Source: Bugula neritina (lineage: Eukaryota > Animalia > Bryozoa). From it: a DNA stretch of 64,000 nt. The DNA lies in the NCBI GenBank assembly GCA_964035545.1, contig OZ037768.1:18335700-18399699 (forward strand). Reading direction: 5' to 3'. A program made the position numbers and the translations under genes. This document shows positions 28,537 through 39,960 of the stretch, piece by piece. The notes below the pieces were generated by a model. That model saw only the letters and a program-made list of their open reading frames with translations. It did not search any database and was not told the DNA's origin. How positions within the stretch are numbered: position 1 is the stretch's first letter; every line of letters begins with the position of its first letter.

Positions 28537-28738
28537 AGAGGCCACTACTTGATGGTCCGGTGTGCTGAGGCTGACCACTCAAATTGGAAGAAGTCATTCC
28601 ACACTCAGATCAAATGTTCACCCCATACCAACTATGTTCACCCTTGTTTAGTGTGTGCTGACAACTCCCTGGTACCCAAAGTGGTCATTGTTGATATTGG
28701 AAGTACATCCATAAGAGCAGGAATTCTGGGAAATAAAC
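28537..28738 (+). CDS. PH-actin fusion gene, exon 8 (PH C-terminal helix + actin phosphate-1 motif)
   Basis: ctgcag|AGA...AAAC|gtaagt; HYLMVRCAEADHSNWKKSF (PH Trp) and VVIVDIGSTSIRAG (cf. actin DNGSGMCKAG) lie in the same exon. Confidence 0.9.
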
Positions 28739-28950
28739 GTAAGTGTGCCACACTCTTATAAAACTAAAAACATAGAAATGAACTCGGATATTTAAGATCT
28801 AAAAAAGTGTTATTTGTCACTAACAGCTGCATAGAACATTGGAAAAATTAAACAAGTATACTTATATTCAGGATGAATAACTCCTATATTATACATAATT
28901 ATGGTTTATATGTAAAACTCAGACAATTAACATTTTCATTGTGATTTTAG

Positions 28951-29096
28951 CCAGCTACCCTCAACTGTTCTTCCCGTCTGTTACATCCACCAGCAATGAG
29001 GGACAGCTAATAGTTGGCAGAGAAGCGTATTTGCCAGAGAACAGAGTAAATGGTATTCATAAACCAATAGGAACGTGCAAAGATAAGACTGAAACT
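28951..29096 (+). CDS. PH-actin fusion gene, exon 9 (actin subdomain 2)
   Basis: ttttag|CC...ACT|gtgagt; PQLFFPSV...IVGREA (cf. actin PRAVFPSI...YVGDEA). Confidence 0.88.
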
Positions 29097-29680
29097 GTGA
29101 GTGAACCATTTTCAACTGCGTACAATTTTTACCAAATAGAAGTTTAAAACAACTTCTTAACTTTAAGAAATTTTTGTCAAGTATTTTTTATAGATTTAAA
29201 CTTTCACAAATAATTTTTGTACGTGTTTGGTTCAGCATTTATTCTCGGTCTCAAAATAATGAATTATTAAAATATAAAGCTACAGCAAGCAATAAAAGTA
29301 TTGGAAGGCAGTTTTTTCCTACATCAGTGATTAATGTTCGACTATATTAACAAAATTGTGATTTTTTAACAGCTTGGAAATTATAAAGTGTAGAAAGTTT
29401 AGTTTCAAGACTGAAATTTGGCTCTGCTCATCTTGTTTAAGTGTTGAGCTGCATATGTTTCACCCTCTTTGCCCCTCTAGTATCTTGATATCATTTGTAT
29501 ATATAAGAAGTTATAGTTTAGCTTTACTAAATACTCATTACTTTATATTATACTCTTATACAACATCTTAGTCAGTAACAGCTATAGGAATTACAATTGC
29601 TTTATCCTAGAGTATAATTATGTTATTTTGTTCAATATAAGTTATGCTCTTCAATAATTAAAACCATGACTGTTTTTTAG

Positions 29681-29761
29681 TATTGCGTCAATGTGCAGGT
29701 CCTGCCCAAGTTGTTCCAGGAAATTTTCTCTCAACTGAAAATCAACGTCAAAGATTACGCG
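29681..29761 (+). CDS. PH-actin fusion gene, exon 10
   Basis: ttttag|TAT...GCG|gtatag; YCVNVQVLPKLFQEIFSQLKINVKDYA (cf. actin NWDDMEKIWHHTFYNELRV). Confidence 0.85.
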
Positions 29762-30735
29762 GTATAGTTTATTTTGAAACCTTATCTAATCTTTACACTC
29801 ATGTATGGTTGCTAGCAGTTATATGATGAAATATTATGCTATTTATAGCGCAGCTTTGATACCATTACAATCAGCAATAGGAAATATATATGTTTTTCCC
29901 ACAACAGAGTGTTGCTTAGTAGCAAGCTAGTTTTTGATAAACTCATTGATCACCTTGTGTAGTTTAGCAGTAGTTTCGAGGCAATAGGCACGTTTGGTGA
30001 TTCCTAGAATACAGAGGTAAATATGTATCCTCAGATGTGAAATTTACTATTCAAAGCTAATTCCCATTAGTTGTTCTATTGACATTTATGACTAGAAATT
30101 ATACAAGCAAACCAAATTAAAAAATAAATAATTCGGTCAGGAAAACATAATTAATTCCAACCATTAAACAAAGTTTCAAGAATTTACTTTACATATAGTT
30201 TTGTTTAATTCAAACAACACATGCATAATTTAAGCCACTTGTGACCAAAAAGCCTAAGAGTCTTGTGAGGTGATGCTGTGTGCATTGTTACTAAATGTAG
30301 GTTAGCAGGCTAGACCTAACATTATAAATTAGTTTAACTTTTTTTCAATTGACCTAAAATTCTAATTAAATTATGCCTTACTCTGTACCTTTAGCCACTC
30401 TACTTATTCAATGAGCCACCAGCTTCCTAGCAACTAACGAAGTATTAAGTATAATAGTTTAATTCCTTGTATTTATATTGTATGATGCTAAAACTGCAAG
30501 AAATATTTCCTATTTTAAAACAGCGGACTAGAAAAAAGTCTCACATATTTTAAACCATGGATAATTAAAACTGAAGTACTCAGTCTCCTTCAGCTTAAAT
30601 TATACAAGTTTCATTGCTTTAGTTTTTGTCAAAATATATTTATGACATAATAAATCATATTTTTTATATTTGATAGTTTTATATAGTACAGATAAGTACA
30701 TTAAATTACTGATATCGCAATATTTCAAACTGTAG

Positions 30736-30928
30736 ATACTTTTGTCAACGCCGCATCAATTCAGCTCTCGTCTGAAAGAGGAAATACTTAACATACTTAT
30801 AACTAAGAATGGTGCTGCTGGAGTCAGCATGATAAACCAGTCTCTACTGACTCCGTATATATACAATGCAGCATCTGGCATAGTTGTGGACATTGGGGAA
30901 CGCATTGAAGTTGCTGCTCTGACAGATG
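30736..30928 (+). CDS. PH-actin fusion gene, exon 11 (actin connect-1/phosphate-2 motifs)
   Basis: ctgtag|ATA...GATG|gtaaca; INQSLLTPY...SGIVVDIGERIEVAALTDG (cf. actin AIQAVLSLY...[20 protein letters not shown]). Confidence 0.9.
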
Positions 30929-31007
30929 GTAACATATATAGATATAACTATGATTTACCATATTAGAATTTTTTATAACTTTTCAAGAATCATAGTAATG
31001 ATGAGGT

Positions 31008-31225
31008 GGTGTCTAGTCAAAAGGACACAGATAATAATGGAACAGGTGGAAAAGTAGATAAAATGGCACATTTTCATATTATGGTTTGGGTTTGGGGTTT
31101 AAGGGTTTGGGTTTTGGTGTGCCATTTTTGCCTAAGTTTCTAGTTGTACTATTATTACCTGTGCCGTTATTTTCTGTGCCATTTTTATCGTGCCATTTTT
31201 ACCTGCGCGGTTTTTACCTAAAATC
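31008..31225. mobile_element. ~218-bp foldback/MULE-like MITE with G-rich core
   Basis: Inverted arms made of AAAATGGCAC(AGGT) / GTGCCATTTT sub-repeats; flanked by ATGATGAGGT (30998-31007) and ATGATGTGGT (31226-31235), a 9/10 target-site duplication. Confidence 0.6.
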
Positions 31226-31285
31226 ATGATGTGGTAATTCTTATAATACTCTGGAAGATGACAGTGACTGTGTTGCTACTCTTAG

Positions 31286-31422
31286 GCTACTTGGTTGAAG
31301 GCACTCTCAACAGACAGGGGTTTGGCGGAGCTCACATCACGGATACTCTGACCACTTATCTAGCCGAACACAAACTGCTGGCACCAGTGGAACAGCTCAT
31401 TGCCCGTTTAGTAAAAGAGAAG
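31286..31422 (+). CDS. PH-actin fusion gene, exon 12
   Basis: tcttag|GC...AAG|gtatga; FGGAHITDTL...IARLVKEK (cf. actin LAGRDLTDYL...IVRDIKEK). Confidence 0.9.
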
Positions 31423-32023
31423 GTATGATTGGTGAAGCTGTAACCCTATTGATTGTAATATTATAGGTGCTCATATTATTCCTGATTAGTTCTACAGGTG
31501 ATTATAATTGTTATGTCTTTTGATGTTACGCTAAGACCGTGTCTGAAATAAGGCACCTCAGAGGTACAAACTGACACTTGCGTTTTGGAAAGGGAAAAAT
31601 CTCCACTCCCATTGCTCACAGTTTTGAAAAAATAATTTAATAAATAGTTACTAAATAAATGGTGTCTGTGCCAGGCATTTGCTTTTATGATCACAACGTT
31701 TCCAAGCTTGCATTATGTGACCGGTTTTCTATTTGATGTCTGGAAACAGCAACCACAAATTCATCCAAGCATCCATTCACATAAAGCGAAGTAATGCAGT
31801 GCATATATTGTAATTTTAAGGACACTCAAGCAGTTAACATTTTTACTAGAAACTTCAAACTATCTAAATCTAACTATGCTTCTATTGCCAGATACTCATA
31901 TAAAGATAACATTGTCAACTTTAAAATTATTTTTATTTTTATATCAAGAAAATATAAATTTTGTTTTATTTGCCAACAGCAGGTTCATAATGCAATATAA
32001 AAACGTGGCTATTATATTTGTAG

Positions 32024-32142
32024 GCGTGCTTTATGTCTCAGGACTATGGTGATGACCTACTCAAATATATGTGTAATGAGAAGCAGTGTGAATTTAAAAT
32101 AGACTTACAGAACTTTGATCTTCCCCAAGAATTTCCTGCCAG
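32024..32142 (+). CDS. PH-actin fusion gene, exon 13
   Basis: ttgtag|GCG...GCCAG|gtttgt; ACFMSQDY (cf. actin LCYVALDF); phase 2. Confidence 0.85.
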
Positions 32143-32195
32143 GTTTGTTCTTTGTTGTTGACATCCACATTATGACACAACTTTAGAGATGCTAA

Positions 32196-32579
32196 AGGCC
32201 TGGCCACACACTCGAGAGAATCACATGAATATTAATCGTCTATTTGACACGAAAAAGCAATCGTAAAAGAAAATTTGAGAGAATTCAAACAAAATCATCT
32301 TCGTTGGGTGTACACAACGATGACGATGGACGAAAAACCACAATCGACAATGAGCACCATTTGATTGGTCAATAGAATTTTAGCAAAAGTAATTGTTTCA
32401 TTTCTACCACGTTTCTCTATTTGGCAATTTTTTACTGTTTGTATCTTGTGCAAGACTCATTCACAGACTATTTATTATGCGTTTCGTCCGACGAGTGTGT
32501 GGCTGGTCATAACGAGAGGATAACTCATGAAAATCGTCACACGATTTCGTATGATCCTCACGGGTGTGAGGCCAGGCCT
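32196..32579. mobile_element. 384-bp PIF/Harbinger (Tourist-like) MITE
   Basis: TAA|AGGCCTGGCCACACA...TGTGAGGCCAGGCCT|TAA: ~30-bp imperfect TIRs and a 3-bp TAA duplication. Confidence 0.8.
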
Positions 32580-33531
32580 TAACAGCTCTGTAGTCCAGTA
32601 GCCCTGCAATATAATCTGGTAACCTCATTCCCCCCCCCCTGCATATTGTGATAGGCTAACAAATTAAATTCCGTATCTGGTGTCCTCCAAGAGGACAGAA
32701 TTTGATCATAACTGCTTGTGCACTACACTGAAAAGTTTCAATTCGTGTTGCCGACTTGGTTTGAGACAAAGAGTTCAAGAAAGCTTATCTAGAAACATTC
32801 ATTTGTACTGTGATTACAATTTGATTATAAACAAAAATGATATGTTTATAACTAGTGTTACACTTATACTTAGCCTGTTTCTTTATATGAAAAAAGTTTT
32901 TATTAAGAAAATTTGAAGCCTCGAGCGAAAGAAGGAAAACAAATAATGTCTCCAGAACCAAATTCTAGATCATCAAATTGTTGTTATTAAATGTTCTGGG
33001 TGGTGATGACAGCATTTGAATAAATTGCAGACTGGAACTTCTTTATACTCATCACTCAATGTTATGAGTCACCAAATTTGATAATTTGATGACAGGAAAA
33101 GTTTAAGCTTGGCATGATTTAATAACAAGAAACAGATGTGTTGAAGTGTGGGTTTTCGACTCACATTATTTAAAAGTTTATAACATTCCACTTTATCAAA
33201 ATAATAATTCTTGTTATATTAGTTGATATACTGTAGTTCCGGTTAGCAAAATGATTGCTCCAGGCAGTTTTTTGTTAAGTCATCAGGGATTCGGAGATTG
33301 AGTTTCAGGAGGGAATTTAATTTACCGAAAACAATTTACTACTCATGTTCCAGTCTGTTATGTCTTGATCCCTTAATTGTCTTTATCTACATTAGCCAAT
33401 TATTTGCAATTACGGAAGGTTCGAGACTCCATTCGTTCTGTTATATATGATATCCTATATGTCCCCTTTCTCAGATTTCGTCCCAACTTTTTTAAACTCA
33501 AACAAACCTAATATTAACCTATTTTTCTTAG

Positions 33532-33778
33532 AAGAATTTCGATTGACACAGCAAGATTCAAAGCATCTGAGGGGTTGATTAAAACCGAACTGCATGGCAT
33601 GGACAGTCCAACACTGCCTAGGCTCATACATAACGTGGTCAATAACTGCCCAATCAACATTCGCCGAGAAATGTGGCAGAGTATATATCTAAGTGGAGGG
33701 ACAACTCTAACTCCCGGGTTTCCTGAACGTCTGCAGAAAGAGCTGGGAAAGATTGTGCCTTCTTCAATCAATGTTCAG
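33532..33778 (+). CDS. PH-actin fusion gene, exon 14 (actin adenosine motif)
   Basis: tcttag|A AGA...CAG|gtgaga; ARFKASEGL...CPINIRREMWQSIYLSGGTTLTPGFPERLQKEL (cf. actin LSGGTTMYPGIADRMQKEI). Confidence 0.92.
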
Positions 33779-36055
33779 GTGAGATTTGGTTGACCTCCAC
33801 ATTTAATGCAAACTACTTTAAGTGACCTAAACAAATATTTGCTCACTACTTTAGATGTTGCAATAATAAACCAACAGATCTGCAACTTTCATAAACCAAT
33901 TACTATGTTTGCTGTTGTTCAGAATGCTTTTGCTGTGTTTTATAACAGGTTGTTATTGCAAATTGGGCTGAACACAATGAATGTAACTGCAGTATAGTGT
34001 ATGGTTCATATTATAATATCCATATGTATTCTTTACAATTATACCAATGTTTTTGTTGACCGTGTATCCACACAAATCATATGTTTATCGACAATAATTA
34101 ACACCAATCAATAACCAGGTAATAACTAGGCCACCTTTGCATGATGCTGTTTACTATTTACAGCTTTTGTTTTCTAGCTTTCTAGTTTCTATGCTTTTCT
34201 AGGGCATATAAAATTTACAGGTTGACAAAATGAATAGAGTCATACTCATAGGTTACAGTGTATGTCAAGGTTTGGTCACGGAGTAGTAAGGTTTCTATAT
34301 GCATAGAATATGATTTCTAATTGATTAAAAACATTTTGGAGCTGCGTAAATCAAAACAATCAATTTGTAAGAATTTTTGAGGTATTGTACTGATTAACAT
34401 CGAATGTATTTTTATGTATGCATCATATAAAAACGTAGGAGTAATGCCTGAAACCTTCCCGTTTATATGTATGTAGTCAGCTGGCCTCATTGCCAACTTT
34501 AGAAATACCAACATACATTTTAATAGTCAGAGGAAAGCCAATAAAATGTCTAATTCCTTGTAATTAAAATTTAAACCCTACCCTATAGCATTGTCTAAAC
34601 TCTTAATAAATGTATTAAGATTTATATTGTGAAACAATGTTATGAAATATTTTGAAAACACTATGTTTGGCTTTTATTTACTAAATTTTTAGTTTTGGAA
34701 ATTAATTTAAAAGTATAAATTAAAAGCACCAGTGCAAAACCGTATTGCTAAACTGAATGATGCCATTGCATCATCCACTTATTATTAATTGTTTTCTAAG
34801 TTTATGAGAAATTACTTCCACTTGTTTACTAAGCTGTAGCTCATGAGCTTCAGTTCACAAGCCTTCTCCTTTATTGGCTATTGATAGAACTAACTGACTC
34901 CAGGTCGTAATCATTAGCTTTTGTGTTCACATTAGCATAAGGATGGAAATCACTTGCAATGAGTCATGAATTCACCTCACTCACCTTGAGCCTTAGTTAC
35001 TTTTAACATATTGGGTGCAGCAATGAACTAGCCTTACACAAATATTTTTAAAAGAAAGTTCACAGGCTATTTTAGCACTTGTTGCTACCAAATTGTTTAC
35101 ATTTTTACTATAGCTGCAACAATTTCTTTTACCGCTACTTTCCACCTACACATTTTTCATGAAGATTTAATTATTTGTAATTAAATCAATGCAATGTTAG
35201 AGGGGTTAGAATTTGTATGAGAATTATTGCAAAAAATTTTATTGGTTGTAACCTGCATAGCGTGAAGCAAAAAGTCGCAATCTCAGCTTACAGCTTCCAT
35301 TAAGGATAAACCATGGGTGGTAAATGGTTTTGTTTACTTTTATTGAACCATTTCACTGCTCAGAACTAATTTAGCTCAAATGAGTTCTTATATTACATTC
35401 AGAGCAAATCAAGTAAAACTTCCATGTAATCCTGGAGTTGTTTGATGCTTTACATTAATTGGATATAATATATTTGGAATCATCAGCCCATGACTATATT
35501 CGAGCTCTGCAGTGTGCAATGTAAGCAGAGAATATAATTAGCCAAATCATTATAATATAGTCTAGAAGGTTATTCGTTTACATCGTAATTTATTGCAATT
35601 ATCTGTAAGTTATGAGCCATTCAATCACTTTCACATTATGTAAAACGAACATTTATTGTACTTAATGCGATGATCATGATTTTATTGAAAACCATGGAAC
35701 TTAGTAGGTTTCCAGTTACAATAGTTGTGTGGAATAATTGGAAGTTATCACCTTATAATGCATGTAAACTTACATATAATGATATTTTAATGGTGAAAAC
35801 AGTATATCTTTATGAAAATAACTTGTTCACACATTTAATAACTCATGCAATTATTCAGAAATCATACATAGATGCACAATATTCTTAATAGCATGTGGTC
35901 TTTTAAACACCCCAAACCCAAAGTGCTTTAAAGTTAAGAGTGCAAGTGTAACAAATCTTGTTTGTGATAGAATAATACGCTGTGCTTGATACACAGTATA
36001 TAGATAGGTAAAATAGATTAGTCAATTACTGAATGATAGTTTTTCGTGATTTACT

Positions 36056-36395
36056 ATATACAGTGTGTACGTATAGTGTATATGTGCAGTGTATACTTGC
36101 AGTGTGCATGTATACTGTGTGCATATGCACATTGTGTATATGTACATTGTGTAGGTACAGTGTATATGTGCAGTGTATATGTGCAGTGTGTACTTGTAGT
36201 GTGCATGTATACTGTGTGCATATGCACATTGTGTACATGTACAGTGTGTACGTAAAATGTGTACGTACAGTGTATATCTACAGTGTGTACTAGCAGTGTG
36301 CATGTAAACTGTGTGCATATGCACATTGTGTACATGTACAGTGTAAGACGTGTACGTACAATGTATACGTACAGTGTGTATGTACAGTGTGTACT
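36056..36395. repeat. Purine-pyrimidine-alternating minisatellite, ~97-bp period, three copies of GTGTGCATGTAWACTGTGTGCATATGCACATTGTGTA
   Basis: Direct reading; it is the source of the seven overlapping C/Y/V/T/H-rich pseudo-ORFs at 36022-36544. Confidence 0.9.
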
Positions 36396-37421
36396 ATGCA
36401 CTCACACCCGTTCAAATACTCAACTTAAATGGCTTTTCATCTCAAACGCCACACAATGATTTTAGGAAAATGACTCAACAGACTTTGACTTATCTTTTGT
36501 GTTGTTGTTTAATCAGTATATTTGTAAAAAAATGGGTACCCTGATAAGAATTGGCCTTTGTAGTTGAGTTTGTAAGTCATATAATGTGTTTCACTAATTA
36601 GGCCTATGGTCGGTATGTCAGGTATTTCATATTATAATCACGTACAACATTTGTATGAATGCATCTTAGATACGAGTAGCTTGTGTATATTTTGTTCTCA
36701 ATGAAAAGGCAGCGTCGGAAGAGCTGTTCCGCTGATAGGATTGTGTTTGCAGGGTATAGAGTGTCGACTTGCAGTGTCACAGTACACCTTGTAGTAGCAG
36801 ACACCTAGCTTTCGTCTAGCTACTCGTAGACTATGTTTTACATATCTGTGCATGTTTTGTCTTCTTAGTGCTGATAGTGGTCTATTTTCAATGCATTATC
36901 TCAGTAATGGCTTTCTATCTATACTTTTTTATACTTTGATGTCCAAACCAACATCCTATAGTTCCATTTTGAAGGAAACAATAGGAAATGATAAGAATTA
37001 GTTTTGGTGTAATTATTGTAGAGATAAAATAAACACATTCTGTCAGAAAGTCAAATCTGTCCACTTACTGATATCAGCTGACTCACTACGACATGTTTCT
37101 CTCACGAAAAAGCAAAATACCAATGAAGCAACTCATTTGCATCTTTGTTTATGATTTCAGTGTCTTTTCCCCACAATAATTTAAAACTATTCTACTTGCT
37201 GACGTGTTCGCATTGCCAGCAGCATAAACTTGTAGATCAGTCATTATAAGGGTATTTATTATTTCTATGTATGCCAAATAGTTTGTATATACTTTCACGG
37301 GTTAAAATATAGCGTCATTCTGTGCGAAAAGACATTCAACATATAAACTCTTGTGTCTTAACTTATAGAGTGAGATAGAATTTTGGTAAAAGAAACATAT
37401 AGTTTGTGAACTTGATTGTAG

Positions 37422-37565
37422 GTTCATGCAAGCCCACATCGCTACCACGCCGCTTATATTGGAGCATGTATACTTGCCAAATTACCACACTTCCACCAGT
37501 CCTGCATTTCCAGAGAAGAGTGGTTAACCAATGGCACAGCTTCTCTCAGTAAATGGAAAACATGA
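37422..37565 (+). CDS. PH-actin fusion gene, last exon (actin C-terminus)
   Basis: ttgtag|GTT...ACA TGA; VHASPHRYHAAYIGACILAKLPHFHQSCISREEW (cf. actin [31 protein letters not shown]). Confidence 0.9.
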   Translation, partial: VHASPHRYHAAYIGACILAKLPHFHQSCISREEWLTNGTASLSKWKT

Positions 37566-38234
37566 ATCTGAAGTAGTGTTTTTGTATAGAACCTGTTAAA
37601 TAATATTTCATTATTCTTGACTTTTATGAGCATGTGCGGTTTAAGATTTGTGCATTTAGTGTATATTATTGTATACCAAGAAAAATGTATTTTTTGTTAT
37701 AAGTTGATATAGTTTTCATATTTTTTATTTTACTATTTACATTTAATTTATTGTACTTGTATTTGTATATGGATTCCCAGTTAATGCTTTGTAGTATGCT
37801 TTTCTATTTTTGATATATCAGGCAATTGGTAGACTTACACTCGGTTTTATATATTTACATACTCTGTTAAAATACAAGGTATCATAAAAATACTGATTAT
37901 AATACAGTTATTGCTATAAAATGGCTCCTTACATACATTTTAAAATTCATAATGTACTGACTAGTGTGCTATTCCATAATACTGCAATACATATTACTTA
38001 TGGAGACAGAAATATTTAATAATACAAAATATAAAAGTTGATAATTTAAAAATAGTTACAGATTTATAACAGCAGTTAAACACTCTGTAATAGACATTGC
38101 GCCATCACAAAGGTGTCAGATAAATAATAATATTGCACCATTTACCATAATTATATTACTAGAAAATGTAGCTTTTTAGATCCTTGAAGCACAAAATGAC
38201 CACAAAATGAGCGAATACATGAAGATTGAATAAT

Positions 38235-39239
38235 TTACACAGTCGTGACTGAAATTAGGTTTGAAGCTGATAATGGGAATCGGCCCTGGTGCGCCAATAG
38301 CTCCTGAACCGTGGTAAAGTCTAAATCTTTCATTGTATGCTTTTGTAGCTTTTTGTGACTAAGTTCTAGAAGGTTGGTTTGATCTTCTTTAACTGATTTT
38401 TTGTGAGTTTCGATACGCTTTTGCATCATCGCTTTTCGCTGTTGATACTCTCTTGCTTTTAGGAATTGTCTTCTGCGGTCTTCTTTAGACCAGTGTCGGC
38501 CAGTTTTTAGTTCAGACATTGCATCATCATCAGTTGTCATGCCACATCTCTCAGTTTCAAGTCTCTTTTTACGTTCACTGAGAATTTTTGCTCGGATTGG
38601 GCGCCTAGTAACATACCTTGTTCCATCGGGTTTACGCTTGACAACCCATTCCATATTTGAAGTGTTAGAGGAAGCATTAATAGTGTTTTGAGAGGCGCTA
38701 TTTTCTCTAGTAAGTGTAGAGTTTTTAGACTGTTCCAAAAGAAGCTGCTGCTGATAGGCGATTGTCTCGGCCAGCTTGTCTTCTGTCGTGTACGTTATGT
38801 CGGAGTGACTGGAGGACAATGATTTACTGGAGGCTGCAATTCGGTGTAACTTTTTGTTTTCATGTGCTTTCTGCTTCTTTTGTTTTCTGTTATCTATTAA
38901 ACTCAAAGTTGACCCCGAGTTATGTTTGGTGAGCTCGAGTGTGGTGAGAGAACTATCAGCAGTGTTGTAAGCTGTGTCAGCTCCAGTGTCTAAACAAGTG
39001 CCTTTCACTGGGCTCGTTTCATTGCTGCTGTAATGGATGATTTTAGTTCCCATCCTAGGGAAGATTTTGTTGTTATCGCACTGCTGCTCTTTACTGAATT
39101 GTTCAAAGGAGCTTTTCTCAATATCTACGCATCTTGATTCAAGCTGCTGTCGGAACTGTGAGTGGTCTTCGACAATTTCAGACTTTAGCTCCGTGTCGTC
39201 TGCCAGATTTATGGTATCATAATGACTCGAATCACATTC
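38235..39239 (-). CDS. PDZRN3/4-like, last exon (LNX3-homology region)
   Basis: ttctag|GAATGT..., 1005 nt open; EWVVKRKPDGTRYVTRRP, ERCGMTTDDDAMSELKTGRHWSKEDRR, FTTVQELLAH and SVTTV* are family-diagnostic. Confidence 0.95.
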   Translation of the reverse strand, partial: ECDSSHYDTINLADDTELKSEIVEDHSQFRQQLESRCVDIEKSSFEQFSKEQQCDNNKIFPRMGTKIIHYSSNETSPVKGTCLDTGADTAYNTADSSLTTLELTKHNSGSTLSLIDNRKQKKQKAHENKKLHRIAASSKSLSSSHSDITYTTEDKLAETIAYQQQLLLEQSKNSTLTRENSASQNTINASSNTSNMEWVVKRKPDGTRYVTRRPIRAKILSERKKRLETERCGMTTDDDAMSELKTGRHWSKEDRRRQFLKAREYQQRKAMMQKRIETHKKSVKEDQTNLLELSHKKLQKHTMKDLDFTTVQELLAHQGRFPLSASNLISVTTV

Positions 39240-39541
39240 CTAGAAAATGATATAAGGCGTAAAATAAAATGTGTTTAATGTTACTGCTGTCAGCTTGCAA
39301 TAGTGTATGTGATGATATAGCTTAATGGTAGAGAGTTGTTAGTCATAGAATGGGGAATTCAATACTACTTGAATTTTAGCAATCGGCATGCAATTTGAAG
39401 ACCTTATCACTCATCAGTTAAACAAAAAAGAGTAAAACTTGGTCTTGACACCGTATAGAGGCTGGTGCACAAATTAGCAACATCGTGACTATTTTTGCTA
39501 AAAAATTGTAAATTTTGTGAAAATGGAAATGACAAACCTAC

Positions 39542-39640
39542 CAGCTCTGAACTTCCTGCACTTTCATGACCAACTCCAGAATCTTTGGCTTCCTTTTCTT
39601 TCTGACTGGGAAGTGTAGCAGTGTCTTCAAACTCAGACGC
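39542..39640 (-). CDS. PDZRN3/4-like exon (KDSGVG motif)
   Basis: ttacag|GCG...CTG|gtaggt; 33 codons. Confidence 0.85.
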
Positions 39641-39849
39641 CTGTAAAGTAGATAACAAATAACCATAAAATTATTAAAACTTTTATAAAAAAAAGAAAGA
39701 GTTGCATGTTATAAGTTAACCCATAACTATGGGAACTTGAATTTGGTGGATTGAGTTATCCAGTTACCTATAGGCTGTTTGCAATAAAATAATGATCTTG
39801 AGATTATGAGATAAGAGAACAAATACTTATGGTATATTTCTATACACAC

Positions 39850-39960
39850 CTCTTCAACCTCAATAAGAGGCATCATCTTCATATCTCGTGTGCTAAATAA
39901 GCGCTCATAATAATGCTCTTCTGGTGCATTCACACAATCTTCAAGAAATCCATCGTCCAT
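39850..39960 (-). CDS. PDZRN3/4-like exon
   Basis: atttag|ATGGACGAT...GAG|gtgtgt; MDDGFLED follows PDZ2 (cf. LDEGWMDD). Confidence 0.8.

Larger units (their letters stand above)
15748..37565 (+). other. Gene span: PH-domain/actin-fold fusion protein, 15 coding exons, ~945 aa
   Basis: All 15 exons join through GT-AG introns with consistent phases into one 2838-nt ORF ending TGA at 37563-37565. Confidence 0.85.

Noticed and set aside
36022-36544. Cluster of Cys/His/Tyr-rich ORFs on both strands
   Set aside because: Produced by the minisatellite lacking stop codons.
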